From: Planctomycetota bacterium
GTDB taxonomy: Bacteria > Planctomycetota > UBA8108 > SXIK01
Length of the DNA: 64,000 nt
Direction of reading: 5' to 3'
Assembly (NCBI GenBank): GCA_965223265.1
Contig: OZ244999.1
Location: 3,008,001 to 3,072,000, forward strand
Part shown: in pieces, positions 1 through 9,659 of the stretch
Numbering within the stretch: the first letter of the stretch is position 1
How the letters are laid out: the number at the start of each line of letters is the position of its first letter
Translations under genes and position numbers: made by a program
The notes under the pieces: model-generated
Database searches by the model: none
What the model saw: only the letters and a program-made list of their open reading frames with translations
Told to the model about the DNA's origin: nothing

Positions 1-47
1 AAGAGAGGCGCTGCTAGCCCATGCGCGGGTGCATGGGAATACGAGTA

Positions 48-185
48 CTCCGCCTCTGCCTCTGCCTCTGCCCCATCGCTGCAGAGAAGCAGCGGGATTG
101 CGAGTGCGTGGGCGTGAGCGTGGGCGAGTCCGTGGGCGAGTGCGTGGGCGAGTGCGAGTGCGTGGGCGAGTGCGTGGGTGAGTGA
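48..185. repeat. Low-complexity hexamer repeats, (CTCTGC)n then (GAGTGC/GTGGGC/GTGAGC)n
   Basis: Direct reading: ctccgcctctgcctctgcctctgcc at 48-72 and gcgagtgcgtgggcgtgagcgtgggcgag... at ~100-185. The same hexamers occur at 17650-18880. Confidence 0.75.
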
Positions 186-681
186 CGCGGGCATGCCGTC
201 GTTCGGAGTGAACAACGGAGTGCGCGTGCCTGGGGCTCGGGGCGCCGTGGGCGGCGGTTCGGTTGATGGTGTGAACTGGTCGAACGCCGTTCACCGGCAA
301 ACCTCGCTCCGCGTGAAGTCCGCCGCGACTCCCCACAACCGCCGGTCGAACCCAGGATTTCTCAGCCGTTCCTAAGGAAGGAGTTGTGCACCTGTAGGTC
401 GGTTTCGACCCCGTGGCCGCGTCGGGTCTGCGGGACTCGGTCTGGCATCGGCCCCTGTCCCTCCGCCCGCTGTCTCGGTGCCAGGTAGTGTGTCCTCCTC
501 CTCTTCAACAGCGCCAGGGGTTCCGTGCAGACCTTTGCTCTCAAGGGTTTATGACATCACCGGGGCAGTCGAGAGAATCCCCCGAAAAAAGTCTGCGGGG
601 TCCGGTCGGCTCTTGCGCAGAACCAGGCAGAACACGCTGGTGACGTCAAGAATTCAAAACTTACACGAAAGGCTCTGAACC

Positions 682-1170
682 ATGTTGACTACCACGACGA
701 AACTGCTCACCGCTCTTCTCTGCGTCTCCGCACTCGCCGCTGGCTGCTCGGCCCCGCAGCGCATTCAGATCGAGTCCGATCCTTCCGGAGCCTATATCTA
801 CGTCGGTGGCGAGTACGTCGGAGCTTCTCCCTGCACGTATAAAGTCGACAACGTCGGCGCCATTGACTCACTTGAGATCAGGGCGCGGATCCGCAACCTC
901 GAAGTCGACGGTGTCGTTCTTCACAAGAAGCGTAACGGCTACTTCCCGGAGCGCTCGATGCTCGTCCTTGACGACAAGGACTATCTCGACATCACGTCGG
1001 CGCCGGCGACTCAACCGAGCGGTTCGCCGATCATCTACAATCCGATCATGGTGCCGAACAACAACAACGCGCCGAACAATTCGCCCAACAACGCGCCGAA
1101 CAACAACAATTTTGCCCCAGGTGGGCCACCGGCGTTCAACAACAACGATCAGAGCCGCACCATTCGCTGA
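682..1170 (+). CDS. PEGA-domain lipoprotein with Asn/Pro-rich tail
   Basis: Signal peptide with lipobox LAAGC; PEGA motif IQIESDPSGAYIYVGGEYVGASP; NNAPNN repeats at the C-terminus. Confidence 0.75.
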   Translation: MLTTTTKLLTALLCVSALAAGCSAPQRIQIESDPSGAYIYVGGEYVGASPCTYKVDNVGAIDSLEIRARIRNLEVDGVVLHKKRNGYFPERSMLVLDDKDYLDITSAPATQPSGSPIIYNPIMVPNNNNAPNNSPNNAPNNNNFAPGGPPAFNNNDQSRTIR

Positions 1171-1258
1171 CGCGGTGGGAGATGCGGCAGGAGATCCGCT
1201 CTCGCTCCGCTCTGACAAGTATTGACGTCTGAGATCGGCGAGTCTGCGCTCGCAAGTC

Positions 1259-1302
1259 GAGACAGCCGCAGCGACAAAAGGTCGTGCGGCTGTCTCTTTT
1301 TC
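1259..1302 (+). terminator. Probable Rho-independent terminator
   Basis: Hairpin gagacagccgca...tgcggctgtctc followed by a T-run, downstream of the PEGA gene. Confidence 0.65.
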
Positions 1303-1441
1303 TCTGACCACCGGGAATCAATCGGCGGCTGCGTCCGTTGTCCCCATAGGCGATTTCTTGCATCGGCGCGGAATCGGTTGGAAGATAGCAGCGTCTGTTT
1401 GTCGCTGATTTACGAAGATGTGCGACCGGAGGACGATCAGA

Positions 1442-2404
1442 ATGAAATCGACTTCACAGCGGAGCGCGAGACTCCGTCGTTGCTTTTCGATCGTAGTTGG
1501 CCTGGCCGCATGCCAGGCAGCCACAGCGCGGCTCGGCGCCCAAAGTGAGGCTCTGTACACCTTGAGATTCGACTCGACATGGAGCGCCGAAACCCACCCG
1601 GTCAACTTCCCCCCGGGACCGCACTTTTCAGGGCTGATCGGCGGCACGCATTCGAGCGCGGTGAAGTTTTGGGAGTCGGGACAGCTGGCGAGTCAAGGCA
1701 TCGAGAACATGGCGGAGGTCGGCAGCAAGTTTCAGCTCGCTCAGGAGGTCGAGGCGGCGATCCTGGCAGGGGATGCGTTCGAGGTGATTTCAGGAGGGGG
1801 CATCGGCGAATCGCCCGGGACCATCAGCGCTACGTTCACCGTGAGAGAAACCCATCCACTGGCGACCGTCGTTTCGATGATCGCGCCGAGTCCCGATTGG
1901 TTCGTTGGTGTCTCAGGAGTGTCGCTGTTCGAGAGCGGCGAATGGATGCCTGAGTTGACTATCGAACTTCATGCTTACGACGCTGGTACCGACAGCGGCG
2001 CTTCGTACACGTCGCCGAACGCTGACACGCAACCACCGGAGCTGATTCATCTGCTCACCAGCGGACCATTCGAAGGTAATTCCACACCCCTCGGAACGTT
2101 CACGTTTACGCTAGATTCCGTCGTAGAGCACATGATGTTTCTGCGCGGCGACGCCAACGACGACGGTCAAGTGGACATCAGTGACAGTATCTTCTTGCTG
2201 AACTTTCTCTTCGTCTTTGACAGCCTGATCTCGTGCCAAGCCAGCGGTGACACGAACTCAGACGGCGCCGTTGACATCGCGGATGCTGTATTCCTCCTCA
2301 ACCACCTCTTCGTGGCAGGCTCGTTACCTCCGGAGGCGCCCTACCCGGAGTGTGGCTTCGGCGTCGCCGATGCCGACAACTGTGAGATGTCGAACTGCAC
2401 GTAG
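1442..2404 (+). CDS. Secreted Spondin_N domain protein with C-terminal dockerin-like domain
   Basis: Spondin motifs YTLRFDSTWSAETHP, HFSGLIG, SMIAPSPDWFVG, YDAGTDSG; tail FLRGDANDDGQVDISD...DTNSDGAVDIADA...PYPECG. ATG 1442 chosen over GTG 1418. Confidence 0.85.
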   Translation: MKSTSQRSARLRRCFSIVVGLAACQAATARLGAQSEALYTLRFDSTWSAETHPVNFPPGPHFSGLIGGTHSSAVKFWESGQLASQGIENMAEVGSKFQLAQEVEAAILAGDAFEVISGGGIGESPGTISATFTVRETHPLATVVSMIAPSPDWFVGVSGVSLFESGEWMPELTIELHAYDAGTDSGASYTSPNADTQPPELIHLLTSGPFEGNSTPLGTFTFTLDSVVEHMMFLRGDANDDGQVDISDSIFLLNFLFVFDSLISCQASGDTNSDGAVDIADAVFLLNHLFVAGSLPPEAPYPECGFGVADADNCEMSNCT

Positions 2405-2701
2405 GGTGCCCGCCGCGACACTCTCTTGGCGACCGTCGTGTGAAGCGAGAGGGCCAGCCTCGAGTTTGGCGATTTCGCGCCGGCCTGGCCGGACGAGTTT
2501 CGCGGGAATTCAAAGGCCCTTTCGACTTTTTCGTACCCTGAGAACCCTTGTGCATGTTCGAAAACTCCTGTCCGGCCCTTCGGGGACCGCCAGGAGCGCC
2601 GATGCCTGCGCCCGTCCTCCGCCACGACCCGAGCGGGATCGCATTGTCGACGCTCCTGGCGCTGGCAGGCTCGACGCGAAATGGCCAAACTCGAGGTTAC
2701 C

Positions 2702-4426
2702 TCAGCGGCGCGCCTTCTCGATCTTTGCCCACTGGTCTCTGAGCGACACGGTACGGTTGAACACAGGTTTGTCGGGTCGCGTATCCTTGTCGAGGCAGAA
2801 GTAGCCGAGTCGTTCGAACTGGAAGCGCTCGTCGCTTGCGGCCGACGCCAGGGATGGTTCGAGCTGACAGTTCTCGAGCACTTCCAGACTGCCTGGGTTG
2901 ATGTTGTCGGTGAAGTCACCGCCCTCCGGGACGTCGCTCGGATTCTGCTGATTGAAGAGGTGATCATAGAGTCGCACTTCCGCGTCAACGGCGTGCTGCA
3001 CCGACACCCAATGTAGCGTCGCTTTCACCTTTCGACCATCCGGCGCGGAGCCACCTTTCGTGGCCGGGTCGTACGTGCAGTGGAGCTCGATGATTTCGCC
3101 ATCCGAGTCTTTGACGACCCCTTCGCACCTGATGAAATAGGCGTACCGCAGGCGCACTTCGCGTCCCGGCGCCAGACGGAAGAATTTTCGCGGTGGATCC
3201 TCGAGGAAATCATCGCGTTCGATGTAAATGACGCGAGAGAACGGCACTCGGCGCGTCCCCATCGACTCGTCCTCCGGGTTGTTGATCGCCTCAAGCTCCT
3301 CTTCCTCGCCCTCGGGGTAGTTGGCGATCACGACGCGCAGCGGGCGCAGCACGGCCATGCGGCGCGGCGCCGTCTTGTTGAGGTGCTCGCGCAGGCTGTT
3401 CTCTAGGACGACGAGATCGATGACGCTGTTGTATTTCGTCACACCGATCTGCTTGCAAAACGACTGGATGGCCTCTGGGGTGTACCCGCGGCGGCGCATG
3501 CCGACGATGGTTGGCATGCGTGGGTCGTCCCAGCCGCTCACGTATTCTTCCTGGACGAGTCGCAGAAGTTTCCGTTTGCTCGTCAGCGTGTAGGTCAAAT
3601 TGAGACGTGCGAATTCGATCTGCTGTGGGTGATAGACCTCGAGCTCGTCGAGAAACCAGTCGTACAAGGGACGGTGATTTTCAAACTCGAGGGTGCAAAT
3701 CGAGTGTGTGATGCCCTCGATCGAGTCGCACTGGCCGTGGGTAAAGTCGTACAAAGGGTAGATGCACCACTTGTCGCCCGTGCGGTGATGGTGTGCGAAT
3801 TTGATCCGGTAGATCAGGGGGTCACGTAGGTTCATGTTAGGCGACGCCATGTCGATCTTGGCGCGGAGCACGTGCTCACCCTCTTTGAACTCGCCGCGGC
3901 GCATGCGCTCAAAGAGATCGAGGTTCTCCTCTACTGAGCGATTGCGGTAGGGGCTCTCACGGCCTGGGCTTGTGAGAGTGCCGCGGTACTCGCTGATCTC
4001 TTCGCTATTGAGGCTGCAGACGTACGCTTTTCCTTTCTCGATCAACTGAACCGCGAAAGCGTGCAGTGCGTCGAAATAGTCCGAAGCGAAATAAAGGCGA
4101 TCGTCCCAGTCAAAGCCAAGCCAACGCACGTCATCCTTGATGGCTTCGACATACTCGTCGTCTTCCGTCGTCGGGTTGGTGTCGTCGAAGCGAAGGTTGC
4201 AAATCCCGCCGTAGTCGCGTGCCAACCCGAAGTTCAGACAGATCGATTTAGCATGACCGACGTGAAGGTAGCCATTGGGCTCGGGCGGGAAGCGGGTGTG
4301 GACGCGGCCGTCGAACTTCCTGGTCTTGTTGTCCTCCTCCACGATCGCTTCGATGAAGTTGACGCGATTCGGTTCTTCGTCGGCGTCTCGCGGCGCAGGG
4401 GCGTTGGTTTTGTTGGTGGCACTCAC
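2702..4426 (-). CDS. glnS: Glutamine--tRNA ligase
   Basis: [46 protein letters not shown] and FQFERLGYF motifs. Confidence 0.97.
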   Translation of the reverse strand: MSATNKTNAPAPRDADEEPNRVNFIEAIVEEDNKTRKFDGRVHTRFPPEPNGYLHVGHAKSICLNFGLARDYGGICNLRFDDTNPTTEDDEYVEAIKDDVRWLGFDWDDRLYFASDYFDALHAFAVQLIEKGKAYVCSLNSEEISEYRGTLTSPGRESPYRNRSVEENLDLFERMRRGEFKEGEHVLRAKIDMASPNMNLRDPLIYRIKFAHHHRTGDKWCIYPLYDFTHGQCDSIEGITHSICTLEFENHRPLYDWFLDELEVYHPQQIEFARLNLTYTLTSKRKLLRLVQEEYVSGWDDPRMPTIVGMRRRGYTPEAIQSFCKQIGVTKYNSVIDLVVLENSLREHLNKTAPRRMAVLRPLRVVIANYPEGEEEELEAINNPEDESMGTRRVPFSRVIYIERDDFLEDPPRKFFRLAPGREVRLRYAYFIRCEGVVKDSDGEIIELHCTYDPATKGGSAPDGRKVKATLHWVSVQHAVDAEVRLYDHLFNQQNPSDVPEGGDFTDNINPGSLEVLENCQLEPSLASAASDERFQFERLGYFCLDKDTRPDKPVFNRTVSLRDQWAKIEKARR

Positions 4427-4833
4427 AGAGATACCTTTAGTGTCTTCGCTGTTGATTGGATCGCTGCCTTGGACTGCGGCTCTCTGAAACTGCCGCGTCG
4501 CGTGTTGGCGGCCCGCGACGAGCCGCCCTGCGATGCCCCTATGATAACGGCCTCATCCTGAATTGGTATCGACCACCGCGGCGCTTGAGCAACAGGGGGA
4601 GAACTTCGCAGACTTGCCCATTCGGCGCCTTCGTGCTGAGCTTGACACCCTTCGGCTGGCTGATTTAGAGTCAGACGCCGAGCGTTTACAGGACGCTGGC
4701 AGCGGCACGGAGCGGCCGACACGTCAGCGCTGGAGTGTGCTCAGCGCCACTTTGGCGACCCGCCCGTTTCTACCGTTGGCGCGCCACAGTATAGGATAGT
4801 TCCGAGAACAGAAGAGCCCGAGGCAAACCGAGT

Positions 4834-5571
4834 ATGACCGAATTGGCGCCGATCGCAGCGAGGACGTGGGAGCTACTTGAGTCACCGAGCACTGCGACGC
4901 TCACCACCGTACTCTCGAAACTCGGGCTGTGGAACACGTTTGTCACGGGCGCGAAGCCTCTCTCGCCGGGGCGGCGGATGGTGGGGCAAGCCTTCACGCT
5001 GCGCTACATCCCGTCGCGCGAGGACATCGACTTCAATCTCGTCTTCGACAACACCAAGGACCCCCAGCGCCTGGCGATTGAGCAGGTCGGCCCGCGTGAC
5101 GTGCTGGTGATCGACGCGCGCGGCGACGAGCGCGCTGGGACCATGGGCAACATACTGGCGACGCGCATGGTCGCTCGCGGCGCCGTCGGAATCGTCACCG
5201 ATGGGTGTTTTCGCGACTCCCCCGCGATCGCGGCAATGGACATCGCGGCCTACGCACGGTCGCCGCACGCCGCGACGAACAAGACCATCCACCATCCCGC
5301 CGATGTTCAGCTGCCGGTCGGCTGCGGCGGCGTCGCCGTCTATCCAGGCGACGTTCTCGTCGGCGACGACGAGGGCGCGGTTGTGATCCCGAGACACATG
5401 GCCGATGAGGTGGCGACGATGGCAGCGGACCAGGAGCATCACGAGGCGTTTATCCTCGAGAGAATCCGAGGTGGCGCGGCGCTTCTGGGCACCTATCCAC
5501 CGGACGCCGAGGCGGTCGCGGCGTACGAGGAGTATTGCCGCAGCCATCCCAAGCCGAGTCAGACGACTTAG
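4834..5571 (+). CDS. RraA-family / HMG-CHA aldolase-like protein
   Basis: GQAFTLRYIP, DVLVIDARG, GIVTDGCFRD and VYPGDVLVGDDEGAVVIP motifs. Confidence 0.85.
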   Translation: MTELAPIAARTWELLESPSTATLTTVLSKLGLWNTFVTGAKPLSPGRRMVGQAFTLRYIPSREDIDFNLVFDNTKDPQRLAIEQVGPRDVLVIDARGDERAGTMGNILATRMVARGAVGIVTDGCFRDSPAIAAMDIAAYARSPHAATNKTIHHPADVQLPVGCGGVAVYPGDVLVGDDEGAVVIPRHMADEVATMAADQEHHEAFILERIRGGAALLGTYPPDAEAVAAYEEYCRSHPKPSQTT

Positions 5572-5708
5572 CCTAGCAGCCCGTGGAAAGACGTGCTCAA
5601 ACGGAATTCGGACGTCGACGACGATTCGCTAAATCTTGTTCGACATCTCGAGGCGTAGAATACGCAAGAACTTGTTCGATGGAACCATATCGCCCACAGG
5701 GCGGGCTT

Positions 5709-5780
5709 CTTTGTTGCCTCTGTTGCCTTCTGTTCGGAAACTCTTCTGTACTTGAACAGAAGGCAACAGAGGCAACGAAG
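5709..5780. repeat. 27-bp inverted repeat (REP-like hairpin)
   Basis: ctttgttgcctctgttgccttctgttc (5709-5735) pairs with gaacagaaggcaacagaggcaacgaag (5754-5780); one G-T pair, 18-nt loop. Confidence 0.85.
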
Positions 5781-5926
5781 GGGGCGTCTTGGCGCTCTTT
5801 GCGTCAATTCTCTTCCCAAGTCGGACGTTGGGTAGACGGCTCGATCCGCAGGCAAGTAGCTACTCGCGGCGGCAGACGGGCTGACTATTTTGCTGCATCC
5901 AGTCTGCGGGCAGAGAGAATGAACAC

Positions 5927-8900
5927 ATGGGAACTCGTCCAGTTGATCCGTCGCCGTCGCGGTGGCTGAAGATTTGCCTGCGTTCGCTTGTGGCGGATCG
6001 ACAGCGCCGCTGTCGACGCCTTGATTTCTCTCGGGGGCCGAAGTCGAATCCACGGCGGCAGCCGGCTTTTTCGGTCGCTCTGATTCTCGCACTAACGTTG
6101 TCGCTGGCAATCCAGTTGCTGGCGCTGGTGCACTGTGATGCGAGCGACACGGCACCTTCCGGTTGGACGCAGGTCGAGGTGCCTTCGGCGTGGAAGAAAC
6201 CACCCGGGCAAAAGAACACCGAGGCGAATGGTTTTCATTGGTATCGCGCTTGGGTTCACGTGCCAGAGGCGTGGAAGGGAAGGCGCCTGCAACTTTTCGT
6301 CGAGTCGATGGATGACGTCCGGCAGACGTTTTTCAACGGCGCGGTGGTCGGCGTTAGTGGCAGTTTTCCGCCGCGCTATCGCAGCGGGCTTGGTGAAGGC
6401 GGGCGGATCGAGCTGACGCCGGACCGGGTGATTTTTGGCGGCGACAACTTGATTGCCCTACGGACTTATTTTCGCGATGGCAGGACCAACTTCAGCGTCG
6501 CTGCTCCTGTTCTGGCGGCGGCGAGCGGCGAAGCCATTCGCATGCGTGGCAGTTGGCAGTACCGGCGAGGTGACGATCCAGCATGGGCCGCTCCTGCAGC
6601 GACTCCGCCGCCGCAGGATCTCATCTTTCGCCGCGTCGACGCCGTCGAAGATCTCGAACTCTACGTTCGCCGCCGTGAAGGCGATCATGATGCGCTGCCT
6701 CCGAGCGAAGCGCTGAAGAAATTTCACGTCGACGAAGGACTCGAGATCGAGCTCGTTCTCTCCGAGCCGGAGATCGCACAGCCCCTGTACATGCAGTTTG
6801 ATGGGCGTGGGCGACTTTGGGTGCTCGAATACCGGCAGTATCCGAACCCCGCGGGACTGAAGGTCCTCAGCAGGGACAAGTATCTGCGCACGGTGTTCGA
6901 CCGTTTGCCGCGTCCGCCGCCTCACGACACACCCGGCACCGACCGGATCTCCATCCACGCTGACCGCGATGGTGATGGCCTCTACGAGACACATCGCGTG
7001 TTCGTCGACCGTCTCAACATCGCGAGCTCGTTCGCGCTCGGCAGCGGTGGAGTTTGGATTCTCAACCCGCCTTATCTTCTTTTCTACGCGGACGCAGACG
7101 CGAACGACATTCCGGATGGCGACCCCGAGGTGTTGCTCGAGGGCTTCGGTCTCGAAGACACGCACTCCGTTGTGAACAGTCTGCGCTGGGGCCCTGACGG
7201 CTGGCTGTATGGCGCCCAGGGGAGCACTGTCACCGGGCGCGTGCGCCGTCCGGGCAGCGAAGAGAAACCTCTCCACACAATGGGACAGCTCATCTGGCGT
7301 TATCACCCGGAGCTGCGGCGTTACGAGGTGTTCGCCGAGGGTGGCGGAAATACCTTCGGCGTCGAGATCGACCGCAAAGGGCGTCTCTTTTCAGGTACGA
7401 ACGGCGGCAATGCACGCGGGTTCCACTACGTCCAAGGTGGGTACTACCGCAAGACGTTCGCAAAGCACGGGGCCCATTCGAATCCATACACCTTCGGGTT
7501 TTTCGAGGACATGGAACACGAGGATGTGCAGCGATTCACGCACACCTTTGTGATCTACGACGGCGACGCTCTACCATCGGCTTACGGCGGTCGGCTGTTT
7601 GGTGTCGAGCCGCTGCAGGGGCGCGTCGTGATGAGCCGCGTTGAGGCGATTGGTTCATCCTTTCGCACGTCGGACATCGGCTACGCGGTCCGCTCCGACG
7701 ATCAGTGGTTTCGCCCCGTTGCGATCGCTGCTGGACCGGACGGTGCCCTCTACGTTGCCGATTTTCATGAGCAGCGTATCGACCACAGCAGTCACTTCGC
7801 TGGGCGCGTCCGCACCGACACGGGTCGCATTTATCGCCTCGCTCCACGAGGCTTGCGGCGTCCGTCAGCGTTCAACCTGGGGCAGCGTTCGACGAACGAA
7901 CTCCTCGCGCTCTTGGATCATGCGAATCAGTGGTTTCGCGACGCGGCACGCCGCGAGTTTGTGGCTCGAAAGGATCCGGGGACTGCGACGGTGGCGCGCG
8001 AGCAACTTCAGCGCCTTGACGGTCAGGCAGCGCTTGAGCGTCTGTGGGTAGCTCACTTACTCACGCCCTTCGTGGACGCTGAGACCCTTGACTTCTTGGG
8101 GAGGCACGATGACCCACACGTCCGTCTTTGGCTCATCCGGCTAGCATGCGACGACGGTCATGTTTCTCCCGCGCTATCTCAGCGCTTGGTGGAGCTCGCA
8201 GCGGACGAAACGCATCCCGAAGTGCGTAGTCAGCTGGCGGCTTCGGCGCGGCGCCTGCCCGTCGACGACTGTCTGGCGATCGTGCGTGCACTGCTCAAGC
8301 GCACCGCAGTCCAGGACGATCTCCACGTGCCGCTCCTTCTGTGGTGGGCGATCGAGGCACAAGCGGGGCACCGCGAGGAGTTAGTCGCTTTTTTCAGTCG
8401 TGGTGACTTGTGGAATTTGGAGTCGGCCCGATCCCATCTCGCGCCGCGGCTTCTCAGGCGCTATGCACTATCGGGATCGCGTCAGGATTTGCTCGCATGC
8501 GCGCGACTTCTAGGTTCGGCATCCGCCGTCGGGCCCGTCGTCACGACGCCACTTTTGGAAGGGTTCGAACTGGCGTTCGCCGGACGATCGATGTCTGGCT
8601 TGCCACCGGAGCTGATCGATGCGATCGCCGCTTGCGGTGGGGGCTCCCTCGCCCTGCGCGTCAGAAGCGGCAATCCGGCGGCGGCTATCGAGGCGCTCCA
8701 AGTCATCGAGCGGGAAGATGCCGACGCCGCCGAGCGTGAGCGCTTGATCGAGGTTCTGAGCGAGACGAGGCATGCTGCAGCGCGCGCTCCGCTACTGAGG
8801 TTGGTTGAGGAATCGTCCTCGCCCTCGGTGCGCACTGCCGCGTTGAGCGCCTTAGGCGCCTATACGGACATCGAGATCGGTCCCCGCGTTGTCGATCTGT

Positions 8901-9583
8901 TCATGGACTTTTCGAGCGATGAACGTCGTGCTGCCGAGGTGCTTCTCCTCAGCCGTACGACGTGGACACAGCACCTCGTTGATGCGATCGACGACCGTTC
9001 GATCGCACCGTCGAGCGTCAGCCGCGGCACCGTCGAACGTCTAGCAGCGCAGAATGACCCCACAATGACCGCGTTTGTGCGTCGGCATTGGGGCGAAGCT
9101 TCTGCGGAAGCGGCGCACGCCGCCCGATCGCAGATCGTACGCACGAGAGCGATACTCGCCGCGGCCGCGGGCAATCCGTACCGCGGCAAGGTCTTGTACG
9201 GACAAACCTGCGGGAAGTGTCACGAACTCTTCGGCGAAGGTCGGGACGTGGGGCCTGATCTCACCGCGCATGACCGAAACGACCTCGAGCGCCTGCTGGA
9301 GAGCGTCGTGCGGCCGAGTGCGGAGATTCGGGAGGGGTACGAAAACTATCTTGCGGTCACTCATGACGGTAGGATCCTGAGCGGCTTTATCGTCGAGCGC
9401 AGCGAGAGAAGTGTGACGCTGCGAACTGTCGACGGAAAGAACCATGTTCTCGAGCGCAGGAGCCTCGCCGAATTCCGTGCACTCGAGCAATCCATCATGC
9501 CGGAGGGCGCCTTGGACGGTCTGTCCGATCAGGACATCCGTGATCTGTTTGCGTACCTCAGGAGCACGCAGCCGCTCCCCTAG
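5927..9583 (+). CDS. PVC-type membrane-bound dehydrogenase / heme c (CxxCH) protein with N-terminal galactose-binding-like jelly-roll
   Basis: EPEIAQPLYMQFDGRGRLWVLE and LRWGPDGWLYG beta-propeller motifs, HEAT-like repeats, CGKCH plus VGPDLT and SIMPEG; N-terminal WYRAWVHVPEAWKG. Start uncertain. Confidence 0.85.
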   Translation: MGTRPVDPSPSRWLKICLRSLVADRQRRCRRLDFSRGPKSNPRRQPAFSVALILALTLSLAIQLLALVHCDASDTAPSGWTQVEVPSAWKKPPGQKNTEANGFHWYRAWVHVPEAWKGRRLQLFVESMDDVRQTFFNGAVVGVSGSFPPRYRSGLGEGGRIELTPDRVIFGGDNLIALRTYFRDGRTNFSVAAPVLAAASGEAIRMRGSWQYRRGDDPAWAAPAATPPPQDLIFRRVDAVEDLELYVRRREGDHDALPPSEALKKFHVDEGLEIELVLSEPEIAQPLYMQFDGRGRLWVLEYRQYPNPAGLKVLSRDKYLRTVFDRLPRPPPHDTPGTDRISIHADRDGDGLYETHRVFVDRLNIASSFALGSGGVWILNPPYLLFYADADANDIPDGDPEVLLEGFGLEDTHSVVNSLRWGPDGWLYGAQGSTVTGRVRRPGSEEKPLHTMGQLIWRYHPELRRYEVFAEGGGNTFGVEIDRKGRLFSGTNGGNARGFHYVQGGYYRKTFAKHGAHSNPYTFGFFEDMEHEDVQRFTHTFVIYDGDALPSAYGGRLFGVEPLQGRVVMSRVEAIGSSFRTSDIGYAVRSDDQWFRPVAIAAGPDGALYVADFHEQRIDHSSHFAGRVRTDTGRIYRLAPRGLRRPSAFNLGQRSTNELLALLDHANQWFRDAARREFVARKDPGTATVAREQLQRLDGQAALERLWVAHLLTPFVDAETLDFLGRHDDPHVRLWLIRLACDDGHVSPALSQRLVELAADETHPEVRSQLAASARRLPVDDCLAIVRALLKRTAVQDDLHVPLLLWWAIEAQAGHREELVAFFSRGDLWNLESARSHLAPRLLRRYALSGSRQDLLACARLLGSASAVGPVVTTPLLEGFELAFAGRSMSGLPPELIDAIAACGGGSLALRVRSGNPAAAIEALQVIEREDADAAERERLIEVLSETRHAAARAPLLRLVEESSSPSVRTAALSALGAYTDIEIGPRVVDLFMDFSSDERRAAEVLLLSRTTWTQHLVDAIDDRSIAPSSVSRGTVERLAAQNDPTMTAFVRRHWGEASAEAAHAARSQIVRTRAILAAAAGNPYRGKVLYGQTCGKCHELFGEGRDVGPDLTAHDRNDLERLLESVVRPSAEIREGYENYLAVTHDGRILSGFIVERSERSVTLRTVDGKNHVLERRSLAEFRALEQSIMPEGALDGLSDQDIRDLFAYLRSTQPLP

Positions 9584-9659
9584 CGCTAGCCCGCTGAGCG
9601 TTCTGGGCATTCACGGGTGGGTCGTTGGCGCGTCGAGCGCACGCGGCCACGACCACTTA

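Noticed and set aside
186-681. Riboswitch or ncRNA in the long leader before the PEGA gene
   Set aside because: No recognisable aptamer consensus by eye; an Rfam/Infernal scan would be needed.
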